DNA from: Octopus bimaculoides
Lineage: Eukaryota
DNA length: 47,413 bases
Reading direction: 5' to 3'
NCBI RefSeq assembly: GCF_001194135.2
Contig: NC_068994.1
Coordinates: 48,911,703 to 48,959,115 of the forward strand
In this document: in pieces, positions 25,401 to 35,680 of the stretch
How positions within the stretch are numbered: position 1 is the stretch's first letter
How the letters are laid out: every line of letters starts with the position of its first letter
Program-made: the position numbers and the translations under genes
The notes under the pieces: model-generated
Database searches by the model: none
Told to the model about the DNA's origin: nothing
The model's input: only the letters and a program-made list of their open reading frames with translations

Positions 25401-27195
25401 GTACTGTTAACTACGCTCATATTCTTCATGACCATGACTACTGTATACGAACCGCAATTTCTCCAACCAAATCTGAACTTGCAAAAGAACTCTTTAGCTC
25501 TAAACTACTGCCATCATCAACTTCCTCAAAGGTATCTAATCTTTCTTCAACAAAGACAACAGTTGTCTCGAACGATTGTTCTAGTTCTCCTACAAACACC
25601 CCTGTTACCACAGAAGCAAAGACCTGGCGTAAACCTCGCAACAGTACCAGCAAGTCAGTCGACATATCTGAAGATGTGTCTGTTTCTAATTTACCTCTTA
25701 AAATTGAGGAGCCTGACCAAGAAAGTGCGGAAACCAGCGACGAGACCTCTCGTACCAACGAGAGTAAACTAAAAATAACTGGGAGCTTTCAAAATGATTA
25801 TGTATATTTTCTTAATAAAACTGCTCGCAGTAGAAGGCGATTCAGCCATGAGATCTTGCCAGATAAAAACCTTCAATCAAAGCACTACTCTGACATTGTT
25901 ATTCCTCACTTGACTGATGCAGACATTGAGGCTCTGAAGCGTCGGCAAAATAAATGCAGTCCAATGTTAGATGCATCAACTGCCTCCAAGAACCTTTGTG
26001 ATGGAAGTAACGACATGGAGATTGACAGTAAACTGATCCGCTCAGTTATGAACATGGATAATCCCAGTATGGACCCTGACATGGAATATACTCTTTCTGG
26101 ACTCGATAACGGATTCGTCTCCGAAAGCATGTCGACAAACTCGGAAGTCTGTTTTACGCCAGAAGACATGGATATTCTTTACAGTGCATTTAAAATAGTA
26201 GAGAATGCAAACGGCTTTCGAAGTTTGGATGAAATCCGAAAGACTGCCGACAGCTTTGATGGCATGCAGAAACAGATGAACTCTTCTGTGTCTATGCTTC
26301 AAGAGGACCAAATTAACCCCTGCTTGACGGCTGTCGATGAGAGTAAAGAGCCATTCGTAAGCTCTGATTGTATGAGCTCTGAGGAAGCCATCAATGAGTC
26401 AGCACAAGTCCATGCTCATGGTTTGCCTCCAGATAATAATTTACTAGATTTTGAAAATATGCCTATAAATGATATGCATAATATGATAAGTAATGAAAGG
26501 GACAAATTTAAGGCACCAACTCTTGCTTGTTCTCAAGAAAGTGATCTAAATCAATCTGATTTGAACAATTTATGCTCCAGCAACCCTAGTGCAAACCTGA
26601 CTGATTTGCAAATACCATCTTTGGAGAAATTTGACTTGTTAAGTGGTGATTTGCCATTAAAATTGGACAAACCAGACTTATTTCTTGAGCCTGCTGTCGA
26701 AGATATGTCTACAGTTCCTGACTGTAACCCGCCTTGGATTGTAACTGTTACCATGTTTTGGAATGATTTGCCTGCCATTATGATGGACCACCATCCATAC
26801 ATACGTCTTGTTGACATCCATAAACAAATTCTTCCTGCAAAAGATACAGGAATCCTTAAAAAACGTTGTCAGCTTCTTGGCCTTCCTGTACAGAACTGCA
26901 CAGAATTTCAACGTTACTTTTTAGTGCAGTATGGACGTGCATACAATTCTAAGAGTACATTGGTCATTTCAAAGGACGATGCCAAATCTTTAATTGGCTA
27001 CTATGTGAACCCACCACCCCGGGCACCGAAAGGTGAAGGTAGTGAAGACGAGCACGGAAGTCCAGAGAAACGTATTCTGAAAACAAATGGTTCTTTGGAT
27101 GGAAGAATGAAGAAACAAGCCAAAACCATTGGATCGAAGAGGCAATCTTTGCATAAGAAAAATCTGTCTTTGGAAAACCAGCTAAATCGAGAAAG
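19467..27195 (+). CDS. Large coding exon of a Ski/Sno/Dach-family-like low-complexity nuclear protein (interrupted by N gap 20517-20934)
   Basis: ATG at 19467; open to the gap, then open again from 20936 to the donor AG|GTATGA at 27195/27196 (>6.2 kb without a stop). Contains poly-T/N/S/Q/P tracts and a DHD-like domain near its 3' end. The start codon is not proven because the frame is open further upstream to 19053. Confidence 0.85.
26735..27004 (+). other. Divergent Ski/Sno/Dac homology (DHD) domain
   Basis: WIVTVTMFWNDLPAIMMDHHPYIRLVDIHKQILPAKDTGILKKRCQLLGLPVQNCTEFQRYFLVQYGRAYNSKSTLVISKDDAKSL aligns by eye with Ski [20 protein letters not shown]...LITKTDAERL and Dach KRLEITPVVCNVEQVRILR...LISRKDFETL. 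Confidence 0.7.
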
Positions 27196-27200
27196 GTATG

Positions 27201-27204
<4 letters not shown>

Positions 27205-27286
<82 letters not shown>
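27205..27286. repeat. (TA)n microsatellite immediately after the splice donor
   Basis: Direct reading. Confidence 0.95.
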
Positions 27287-27289
<3 letters not shown>

Positions 27290-27451
27290 TAATGTATTCT
27301 ACAGTTCTGTAAATGTGTTGTTTGTATCAGAAGAGGTAGGAGTGGTTAGCAATAAAGAAAATCAAAATATGTGTAACTTAATACTTTTAGAAATCTTTTC
27401 AGATAAAGGCATGGCTTTTGTGTGTGGTCTGTGTGTTGTGTGTGTGCATGT

Positions 27452-27585
27452 CTCTTTTACCCGTTACTTGTTTCAGTCATTAGACTGCAGCCATGTTGGA
27501 GCACTGCCCTGAAGAGCTCTTAGTTGAAAGAATCAACCCCAGTACTTTATTTTTAAGTTAAGCCTGATACTTGTACTATCAGTTG
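27452..27585 (-). mobile_element. SINE family A 3' fragment in the intron
   Basis: ttacttgtttcagtcattagactgcagccatgttggagcactgcc matches 3005-3050. Confidence 0.7.
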
Positions 27586-27613
27586 AAACCATGTCACTGC
27601 TGCTGCTGCAGTA

Positions 27614-27651
<38 letters not shown>

Positions 27652-27723
27652 ACTTGGAGGTGTCTGTATATGTATTCACATAGATATGTATTCTTATGTA
27701 CACAACATGTAAAGGTTAATTAA

Positions 27724-27943
27724 CCCTTTAGCATTCAGATTACTCTGCCAAATGTAATGCTTATTTATTCACACTGTTTTGAATTAATCGTGTGTTATCT
27801 TGTAGTTTCGAGATTTCAATGACATGATTGCTTATGATTAGAAGAATGTTGTAGGGTGAGTGTGAGAGGTTAGATCTGACCAGTTTGAAGATAAAACAGG
27901 TAGATTATTTTGGCTGGATATGGCTGGCTTAAATGCTAAAGGG
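27724..27943. mobile_element. piggyBac-type MITE (220 bp) in the intron
   Basis: TTAA target duplications at 27720-27723 and 27944-27947; perfect 12-bp TIRs CCCTTTAGCATT / AATGCTAAAGGG. Confidence 0.88.
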
Positions 27944-28200
27944 TTAATAGTCTACTCTCTCTCTCTCTCTCTCTCTGTCCACACACACACACACACACAC
28001 ACACACGTGTGTGTGTGTGATACATGTACATTATAGTGAAGCTATTTATAGGATTACTATCCTACTGATGTTCTTCTTTATATTTCAAATGTAGTTTCCC
28101 TTTCTATCTACTTATTTCTATTTACATATCTGTGTATGAATGTGTGTGTGTGTGTGTGTAAATATATATATGTATACATGTCTGTCTTTGTCTTTTGCAG

Positions 28201-29487
28201 GACATTAAGTGAGAAATCAGATGACCAGCCTGTTGAGAAGCAGTCGGCCAGCCCATCTAGATTTGATAGCACCACAGTGTCAGAGGCAGTAACTTCGACA
28301 ACGTCAGCGGCATCGAAAGCTCGTGTCACTTCCTCGTCGCCTCCCTTGACAAGCACCAGGTCACGCTTGCGTCACAAGAAGATAAATTTTCTAGACTTGA
28401 TCCGCGGTGAAGGTGGATCATCGTCTGCTTCATTGTTGCCGTCACACTCGTCATCATCTTCAGTTGCACCCACCTCTTCTGGCTCAGTAGACATTTCCCC
28501 ATTGGCTGGCACCATGCCGACCCATTCCTTGAGATCCTCTTCTGCATCCTCCCCTTCCTCCTCCTCCTCCTCCTCATCTTCATCGTCATCCACCCTGTCT
28601 GCTCTTTTCCCACCTCTCTCATCTTCACTGTCACCCCCGCCATCCCCGTCATCTAACAGTGTCCTCTCCTCCAACAAAATGCACAGTGCCGTGGCCCTTG
28701 CAGGAGAGGAGGCTTCATGCACCCGGAAGCAAGGGCTGGCTGTGGGCGCGAACCGATTGAAGAGTGAAAAATCATTTGCTGGCTCTCGTCAGCAGAAGAA
28801 CGGTAATAAGGGACAATTGAGCCCCTCACTGATGTTGCTACAGGAACAGCAACAAATGAGCAGCTTGCTAACGAGCGGGTGCAATAGCTCATTAAGGCCA
28901 TATCCTGATGCAATTAACAGCAGCAGCAATGGTGGTGGCAACATCAAAGTCAACAAGACCAAAAAGCCACCAAACGACTGCAAATTGGTCAGCGGAGGTG
29001 GCGGAGGAGGAGCAGGGCGACGTTGCTACAGCCAAAAGAATGGTCTGAATGGTAAGCGGCAGAAGAATGGCGATGAGAAAGAGGCAGCTGGTAGTCACTG
29101 TGTCGGCAAGTTGCCAGCGAAAATCTCCAAGTGGGCAAAGCCAAATCGAGGCATTGGTCGGCGAATTAAGAAGAACAATAGTAGCCGCCTGAAGGTGAAG
29201 CTAAAACTGCAAACCCCAAACCACAGTCTACCGGGCAGCACAAATGATTTCAGATTTATTAATTCCACCATCAACACCACCAACTATGACAGCAACTATA
29301 ACAACACTAACATTAATAATATTATTAATGGTAATATTAATAACAACAATAGTCACATTAACAAGAATATTAGCAGAAACAGAAACATCACTAATAATAA
29401 TAATAACAACAATAATAATTATAACAGTAGCAGCAGAAGCAACGCAGCTATTAACCCTTCCAAGTCCATCACAGCAACAAAAACACT

Positions 29488-29519
<32 letters not shown>

Positions 29520-30883
29520 CAGTATCATCAACCACAACAACCACAACACCAACAGTAACAACAAACAGTAGTAGTAAGCCTCCCAGTCATAAAAAACGTT
29601 TAAGAGTCAACAAAATGCAAAGCATTTTTGACGTTATTCATGTTCTCCGTGAGGATGTAGTAGCAGACAGGTGCATAGGTGTGCAGGCAGGAGAGCTTCT
29701 GACAAACTTGTACATAGATAGAGACTCCAAGTGCATCAAGTGCACAACTTGTACAGAACTGTTTTCTATCGTACACTTTATGCAGCATCATCAGCATTCA
29801 AACTCCGGTGTCAGTTGCCATAGTGACTTACCTTTGTCAGCTTCACCGTTATCGCAACAACAACAACAACAACACCAACACCAGCAACAACAACAACAGC
29901 AACAGCAGCAGCAGCAGTTGTCATCGCCATTCTTGTCATCATCGTCATCATTGTCAACACCACCAACATCTTTACCACCTTCACTTCCAACACCAGATAC
30001 AGTACGGGAGCTATCGTCAACCCCGTGCGTGTGGCGTTTGAAACTCAACAGCAATACTTCTGAGAGTCAACAGAAGTTGTGGAAACACTTCTTGAAGAAG
30101 CAACATCAACTGCAGAGCAGGCAGCAGTCTCCTTCGAAATCTGGCAATGGCATTAGATTTTGTACATCGGCTAACATGTTGCTCTTGGAAAGCCAGCCAT
30201 CCAACCTCAAGCAAGGTGGAACTAGTGCAAATTCTTCAACCTCTCGGGTGAGTTCCCGTAAACGCAAACAGAAACAGTTCTATCCAATTGAAAACTATGA
30301 ATTCAAAACTGCTCTTAGCTCTGCGGCACACAGCAGGAATTCAGCCGGCACCATCAGTAGTGAGCAAAGTAGCAGACACTATGGTGGCGCGGTTGTCAAA
30401 AGCCCTGTTGGTGCTGCTTCTGGCCGAGCGATGAGCTGTAGTATGGGGTTGAGTCCCTCCAAGAAAACCATGAAGCTTTCGCATCAGCCATGCGAAGGTG
30501 CAGCTATGTCTGTGTCGCCAGTGCCAGGCTCAGCCAAAGCTGTGATCCTCCCTGGCGTTAGTGGTTCATCTGCCTTCTCCACGCCACAACAAACTCTCAA
30601 TCCCACGGCAACCACAACCCATAAAAAGAACAGGAACAACAAAAGCAACCACACAACCATCAACAAAAGCCACAACACAACTACCAACAGAAACACCAAC
30701 ACCAACAACAACAACACTACAGCCACCAGCAAAAACAATTCAACCACCACTACCACCACTACTACCACCACCACTAACAACAATAGCAGTAGCAGTAGTT
30801 TATCAGAAAATGTTGTAACTTTAAAAAATGAACCAGAACTGCTGAACTTTACTGCATTGCAAACCGATGATTATGATATGTGA
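28201..30883 (+). CDS. Terminal coding exon of the same Ski/Dach-like gene
   Basis: Acceptor tctgtctttgtcttttgcAG|G at 28200/28201. Phase 2 matches the upstream donor (AG+G = Arg, then TLSEKSDDQ...). Open to TGA 30881-30883 and contains a SAND-like Zn module. Confidence 0.88.
29627..29797 (+). other. c-Ski SMAD4-binding (SAND-like) zinc module
   Basis: FDVIH...CIGVQAGELLTNLYIDRDSKCIKCTTCTELFSIVHFMQHHQH parallels Ski [45 protein letters not shown], with CxxC then F at +9 and H at +12 in the same register. Confidence 0.72.
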
Positions 30884-31163
30884 GGTTAAAAACAAAAAAA
30901 AAATAAAAAAAGGAAAGAGAAAAAAGGTTAAANNNNNNNNNNNNNNNNNNNNNNNNNNNNNNNNNNNNNNNNNNNNNNNNNNNNNNNNNNNNNNNNNNNN
31001 NNNNNNNNNNNNNNNNNNNNNNNNNNNNNNNNNNNNNNNNNNNNNNNNNNNNNNNNNNNNNNGGGTGGGAAGGACATTTCTAAAATGAAGGAAACATTTT
31101 CATTTTTTTCTTTTATTTTTTAAACTCAGTTTTAAAATATATTTAAAAAAAAAGAAATAGATC

Positions 31164-31197
<34 letters not shown>

Positions 31198-31198
31198 G

Positions 31199-31229
<31 letters not shown>

Positions 31230-31363
31230 TAAGAAGTAATGTATGTTTTCGTTAAATACATGCCTACACTTATTGACAAGTTTTGATGTTCAACTTTTGT
31301 GTTATGATTGCTGAGCTTATGTACGCAAATACATACATGCATAGATGTGTTTGTGTGTATGCT

Positions 31364-31430
31364 TATATATGTACATGTGTGTAGCTGAAGTATATATGTA
31401 CATGTGTGTAGCTGAAGTATATATGTACAT
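31364..31430. repeat. 27-bp minisatellite, ~2.5 copies
   Basis: tatatatgtacatgtgtgtagctgaag occurs twice, followed by a partial third copy. Confidence 0.95.
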
Positions 31431-32356
31431 TCAGACATAATTTTCTTTTTATTTTTGCTGTGGATCTCTAAAGCAGATGATGAAGTTATAAATGATATGT
31501 AAATACTGGGTTAAAAAAAAAAAATCATTTTGGATTCAGAAATTTGGAAACTACCTACGTTTTAGGTCCACTGTTGCTCAAAAAAAAAAAAAAAAAANNN
31601 NNNNNNNNNNNNNNNNNNNNNNNNNNNNNNNNNNNNNNNNNNNNNNNNNNNNNNNNNNNNNNNNNNNNNNNNNNNNNNNNNNNNNNNNNNNNNNNNNNNN
31701 NNNNNNNNNNNNNNNNNNNNNNNNNNNNNNNNNNNNNNNNNNNNNNNNNNNNNNNNNNNNNNNNNNNNNNNNNNNNNNNNNNNNNNNNNNNNNNNNNNNN
31801 NNNNNNNNNNNNNNNNNNNNNNNNNNNNNNNNNNNNNNNNNNNNNNNNNNNNNNNNNNNNNNNNNNNNNNNNNNNNNNNNNNNNNNNNNNNNNNNNNNNN
31901 NNNNNNNNNNNNNNNNNNNNNNNNNNNNNNNNNNNNNNNNNNNNNNNNNNNNNNNNNNNNNNNNNNNNNNNNNNNNNNNNNNNNNNNNNNNNNNNNNNNN
32001 NNNNNNNNNNNNNNNNNNNNNNNNNNNNNNNNNNNNNNNNNNNNNNNNNNNNNNNNNNNNNNNNNNNNNNNNNNNNNNNNNNNNNNNNNNNNNNNNNNNN
32101 NNNNNNNNNNNNNNNNNNNNNNNNNNNNNNNNNNNNNNNNNNNNNNNNNNNNNNNNNNNNNNNNNNNNNNNNNNNNNNNNNNNNNNNNNNNNNNNNNNNN
32201 NNNNNNNNNNNNNNNNNNNNNNNNNNNNNNNNNNNNNNNNNNNNNAATAAACATAAACATGAGAAATAAAAATATATATATAAAGAGACAAAATCTGTAA
32301 ACTAATCCCTACATTAACGGTATTAATATAATTATTAAGAATTACACTCTAAAAAT

Positions 32357-32426
32357 ATTGAAAAAGAGTATTATAGTAAACAAGGTTAACACATTATGGA
32401 ATAATACTATAATACTCTTTTTCAAT
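32357..32426. repeat. Perfect 22-bp inverted repeat with a 26-nt loop
   Basis: attgaaaaagagtattatagta (32357-32378) is the exact reverse complement of tactataatactctttttcaat (32405-32426). Confidence 0.95.
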
Positions 32427-32593
32427 GTGGTGAAAGAGTACAGCAGGGTTCACCACCATCCCCTGCCGGAGCCTCGTGGAGCTTTAGGTATTTTCACTCA
32501 ATAAACACTCACAACACCTGGTCTGGGAATCGAAACCGCGATCCTATGACCGCGAGTCCGCTGCCCTAACCACTGGGCCATTGCACCTCCACA
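32426..32593 (-). mobile_element. SINE 5' half (same variant as 37633-37955)
   Basis: Reverse complement begins tgtggaggtgcaatggcccagtggttagggcagcgg (A box) ... ggtttcgattccc (B box). Confidence 0.85.
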
Positions 32594-32698
32594 TACACAC
32601 ACACACACATACAAACACATCTATGGTGTACTTTGCACAGCAAAATCTAATATGACTATATCTATATATATGTATTATGGAATGTCTTTCTCTCTGTC

Positions 32699-32922
32699 TT
32701 AAACCTTTAGTATTTAAATTGGTCACATCCGGCCTAAATATAATACTTGTTTTGTGTTGAAACCAGCTAGATCAGCATCTGGCAGCTTCTATACAATGTC
32801 ATTCTAAAAATAATCACCTATTTAGAGTCTCGAACTTGAAGATTAATGCTGGATTAATTCAGAACAATGTGAATGAATAAGCATTACATTTGACTGAGTA
32901 ATATGAATTGCTAAAGGATTGA
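32699..32922. mobile_element. Diverged copy of the same piggyBac-type MITE
   Basis: ttaa-acctttagtatt ... gctaaagga-ttga ends and the same internal sequence as 12456-12675. Confidence 0.75.
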
Positions 32923-33158
32923 AAATTCTACTGCTCTTTCTCTCCTCTCTCTCGCTCTCTCTCTCTCTCTGAAAAAAAAAATGTTTTAATAATGTAACAG
33001 TAATATAACATGGTTTACATATATGCACACTCATACACACACACAAAGTGGAAATGTATGTATATATGTATACACAAATTTCATTGACGTACGTACATCA
33101 CAGTATCAACCAGACTTTGATACATTGATACATCGCAGTATCAATGCACTTCACACTG

Positions 33159-33334
33159 TTTTAGCTTTTGAATGACCACCACCTTGCAGGCCAACCGTCT
33201 TCTCTCTGACTAGACTGGAACAGTGTAGAATATGTGCTTTGCTCAAGAACACAACATACCGCTGGGTCTGGGAATCGAACCCGTGATCTCACAATCGTGA
33301 GTGCAGTACCTAACTATTAGACCACATGCCTTCA
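33159..33334 (-). mobile_element. SINE family C-type copy
   Basis: Reverse complement gaaggcatgtggtctaatagttag...gggttcgattccc...tgtgttcttgagcaaagcac. Confidence 0.8.
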
Positions 33335-33354
33335 CTAACACACACACATATACA

Positions 33355-33414
<60 letters not shown>

Positions 33415-34294
33415 CTGTGTGTGTGTATTTACACATATGTCCTCTTATATTATTAAATTAGCAGAGCTGTTAGTGTCAGGGAGAAGGCCATGCAATATAT
33501 TGTATATGCAGATGTATATAAGGACATGCTTTCTTTTATTTTTAAATGAAATAAAAAAAAATTGCTGTATGTCTTTACTGATGGGATATTGAGGGCCTAA
33601 TGAGACACGTGAGATTTGTTTTCTCTTTGAAAAAAAAAAGGTAAGGGTATGTCTTATGCAAGAGTATGTCTCATACACAGACAAATACAGTATGTTCTGG
33701 TTCTCTGCACTCTCAGTTCAAATTTTACCAAAGCCAGTTTTCTAGTTATCCTCCTGGGTCCTGCAAATAATGTGCCAGTCTAGTACTAGAGTTGATTCTC
33801 CTCTCTCCCTCCCCCTTCTTTCTCTCTTGGCCGTGTCATGCTGTTAGAGTATCATAAAAGACCTATCTCAGCATTCCCTCTTGTTGTGCTTATATATTTT
33901 TACTTTTGACCTGGTTTCTATGGCTGGATGCAACCCCTTAACAAAATGTAATAGATTCATGTTATCGTGGCACCAGCACTAAAGTTGTTGTCATATCCTC
34001 AGTAAGCCTCATTGGTTCTCTCAACTCTACATTTGCCTCTATTCCTTATAGTATACTGGTTGCATTTTATTACGGCACCGGCAATAGCAATGCCTTTGTA
34101 TCCTGCAAGACTCGAGAGTCCTTACTACTCTGTTGTCTCTGTTCCTTCAATGTTACTGATGGGGAATAAGAAGGGGAGAGGGTATGAACCAAGTTGAAAG
34201 GAACAGAGCAATCAGGATGAGAGGGTAATGGAAGAGAGACAGTAATGGGTAGGAGAATGGAAGAGGAAAGCAAATGATGGATAGCAATACGGGT

Positions 34295-34338
<44 letters not shown>

Positions 34339-34566
34339 GTGTGTGTGTGTGATAGCTTGCTGTAGTGAATAATGATGGGGAAGTGTATCAGTCATAAGTA
34401 GATCTAATGCAATCTCTTGTTATACAGGCAACATGATTGGAGAGAGAGGTGGGGGTAAGGGTAGTGGTTGGGAGTGATAGATTGAAGGTAGAGAGATCTA
34501 ACTCTCCGTGACTTACGCTACCTGATCCTTCAGTTTGATGCCTCAGCAGTGCATCTTTGCTCTTGG

Positions 34567-34876
34567 TGAAGGCGCGTGGTTTAATGATCAAGGTATTTGG
34601 CTCCCGTCGTGGGTTTGATTCCCACCGGCGTATTGTGTCCTTGAGCAAGACACTATTTCTCGTTGCCCCAGTCCACTCAGCTGGCAAAAATTAGTTGTAC
34701 CTGCAATTCAAAGGGAGCCAGCCTTATCACATTCTGTGTCACATTGAATCTCCCCGAGAACTATGTTAAGGTTACGCATGTCTGTGGAATACTCAGCCAC
34801 TCTGCGTGTAAATTTTATGAACAGGCTGTTCGGTTGATTGAATCAGCTGGAACCCTCATCATCATAACCGATGGAG
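34567..34876 (+). mobile_element. SINE family C copy
   Basis: gaaggcgcgtggtt head, ttgagcaagacact...cagtccactcagctggcaaaaa core, and shared 3' body. Confidence 0.85.
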
Positions 34877-34884
34877 ATCCAAGC

Positions 34885-35115
34885 ATTTGTTCTTGAAGCA
34901 GCTGACAATGATACTGCTATGGCAGTCATTGGGTAAGGCACTTGCCTTTACATCCTGGTTGACTATACACGTGATATACCTTGCCAGATATTTTCAACAT
35001 CTCAGCAGCTATACCTGGTGGTCCAGCTGTCTTCATATCCTTGAACACCCTTTTCATCACACTAGTCTTGACTTGAATAGCTGGTCCCTCCATGTCGTCT
35101 ACTTTGGATAAGCCC
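34885..35115 (-). mobile_element. RTE-clade LINE fragment (region just before and into the RT domain)
   Basis: MEGPAIQVKTSVMKRVFKDMKTAGPPGIAAEMLKISG followed, with frameshifts, by PNDCHSSIIVSCFKNK. Confidence 0.75.
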
Positions 35116-35240
35116 TCTTTTTTCCATACATTCTTTTCAATCAACAGCCTCTCATAACATAATAATACTTGTGTGTGTGTGTTTACACACTCATGCAAGT
35201 AAATGTTTTGAGTGTTTCAGTGATTGCTAGTCCATCAAAG

Positions 35241-35680
35241 ATAATCATAGAGATGCTGAAAATATCTGAGGAAGTAAGATATATGCTAGTCTCCAAATTA
35301 AACCAATCAGGTAATGCAGGATGTCATATCCAATGATTTCATAGCAATATCATTATAAACTGCTACAAGGGCAAAGGAGATGCATCAGAAGGAAATTGCA
35401 GGAAGTATCAAAGTGTTGGGTCAGATTATGAAAGTTACAGAAAGAGTTATTGTACAATTGATCAGGAACGGAATTAAACTAGAGGCTGGTGCTACGTAAA
35501 AAGTACCCAGCACACTCTGTAAAGTGGTTGGCATTAATGAGTAGTGAGATGTGGGCCTTGAATGCAGAAGACTTGTGAAGGCTAGAAAGAAATGAAGTAA
35601 ACGAGCATGCACCAAGGAATGTGTGATGCCCGTGTTGAAGAGTGCCGTGGTACAAATGAGTTGAGTTGGAATTTGGATCT
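35241..35680 (+). mobile_element. RTE-clade LINE fragments (RT N-terminal part and post-RT part)
   Basis: Frameshifted EMLKIS...HSNIIINCYKGKGDASEG...IKVLGQIMKVTERVIVQLIR, then SEMWALNAEDL*RLERNE after a short unrelated insert. Confidence 0.75.

Larger units (their letters stand above)
27196..28200 (+). other. 1005-bp GT-AG intron (phase 2)
   Basis: GTATGA donor, polypyrimidine tract plus GCAG acceptor, and reading frame conserved across the junction. Confidence 0.88.

Noticed and set aside
27196-27292. C-terminal YDVYIYIYI...YR tail of the 2084-aa ORF in the track
   Set aside because: Read-through into the intronic (TA)n repeat; the GT donor at 27196 is phase-compatible with the next exon.
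28136-28200. N-terminal MNVCVCVCKY... of the 915-aa ORF
   Set aside because: Intronic (TG)n and polypyrimidine tract upstream of the acceptor.
19056-30818. Many antisense and alternative-frame ORFs (poly-V, poly-L, poly-C, poly-M peptides) over the large gene
   Set aside because: They are by-products of CAA/ACA/AGC/TCA triplet repeats, which lack stops in several frames; no domain-like content.
32520-33334. tRNA-like sequences with A and B boxes (also 3300-3390, 9589-9660 and 40121-40190)
   Set aside because: They continue into SINE bodies and lack a complete cloverleaf or acceptor stem; these are SINE heads, not tRNA genes.
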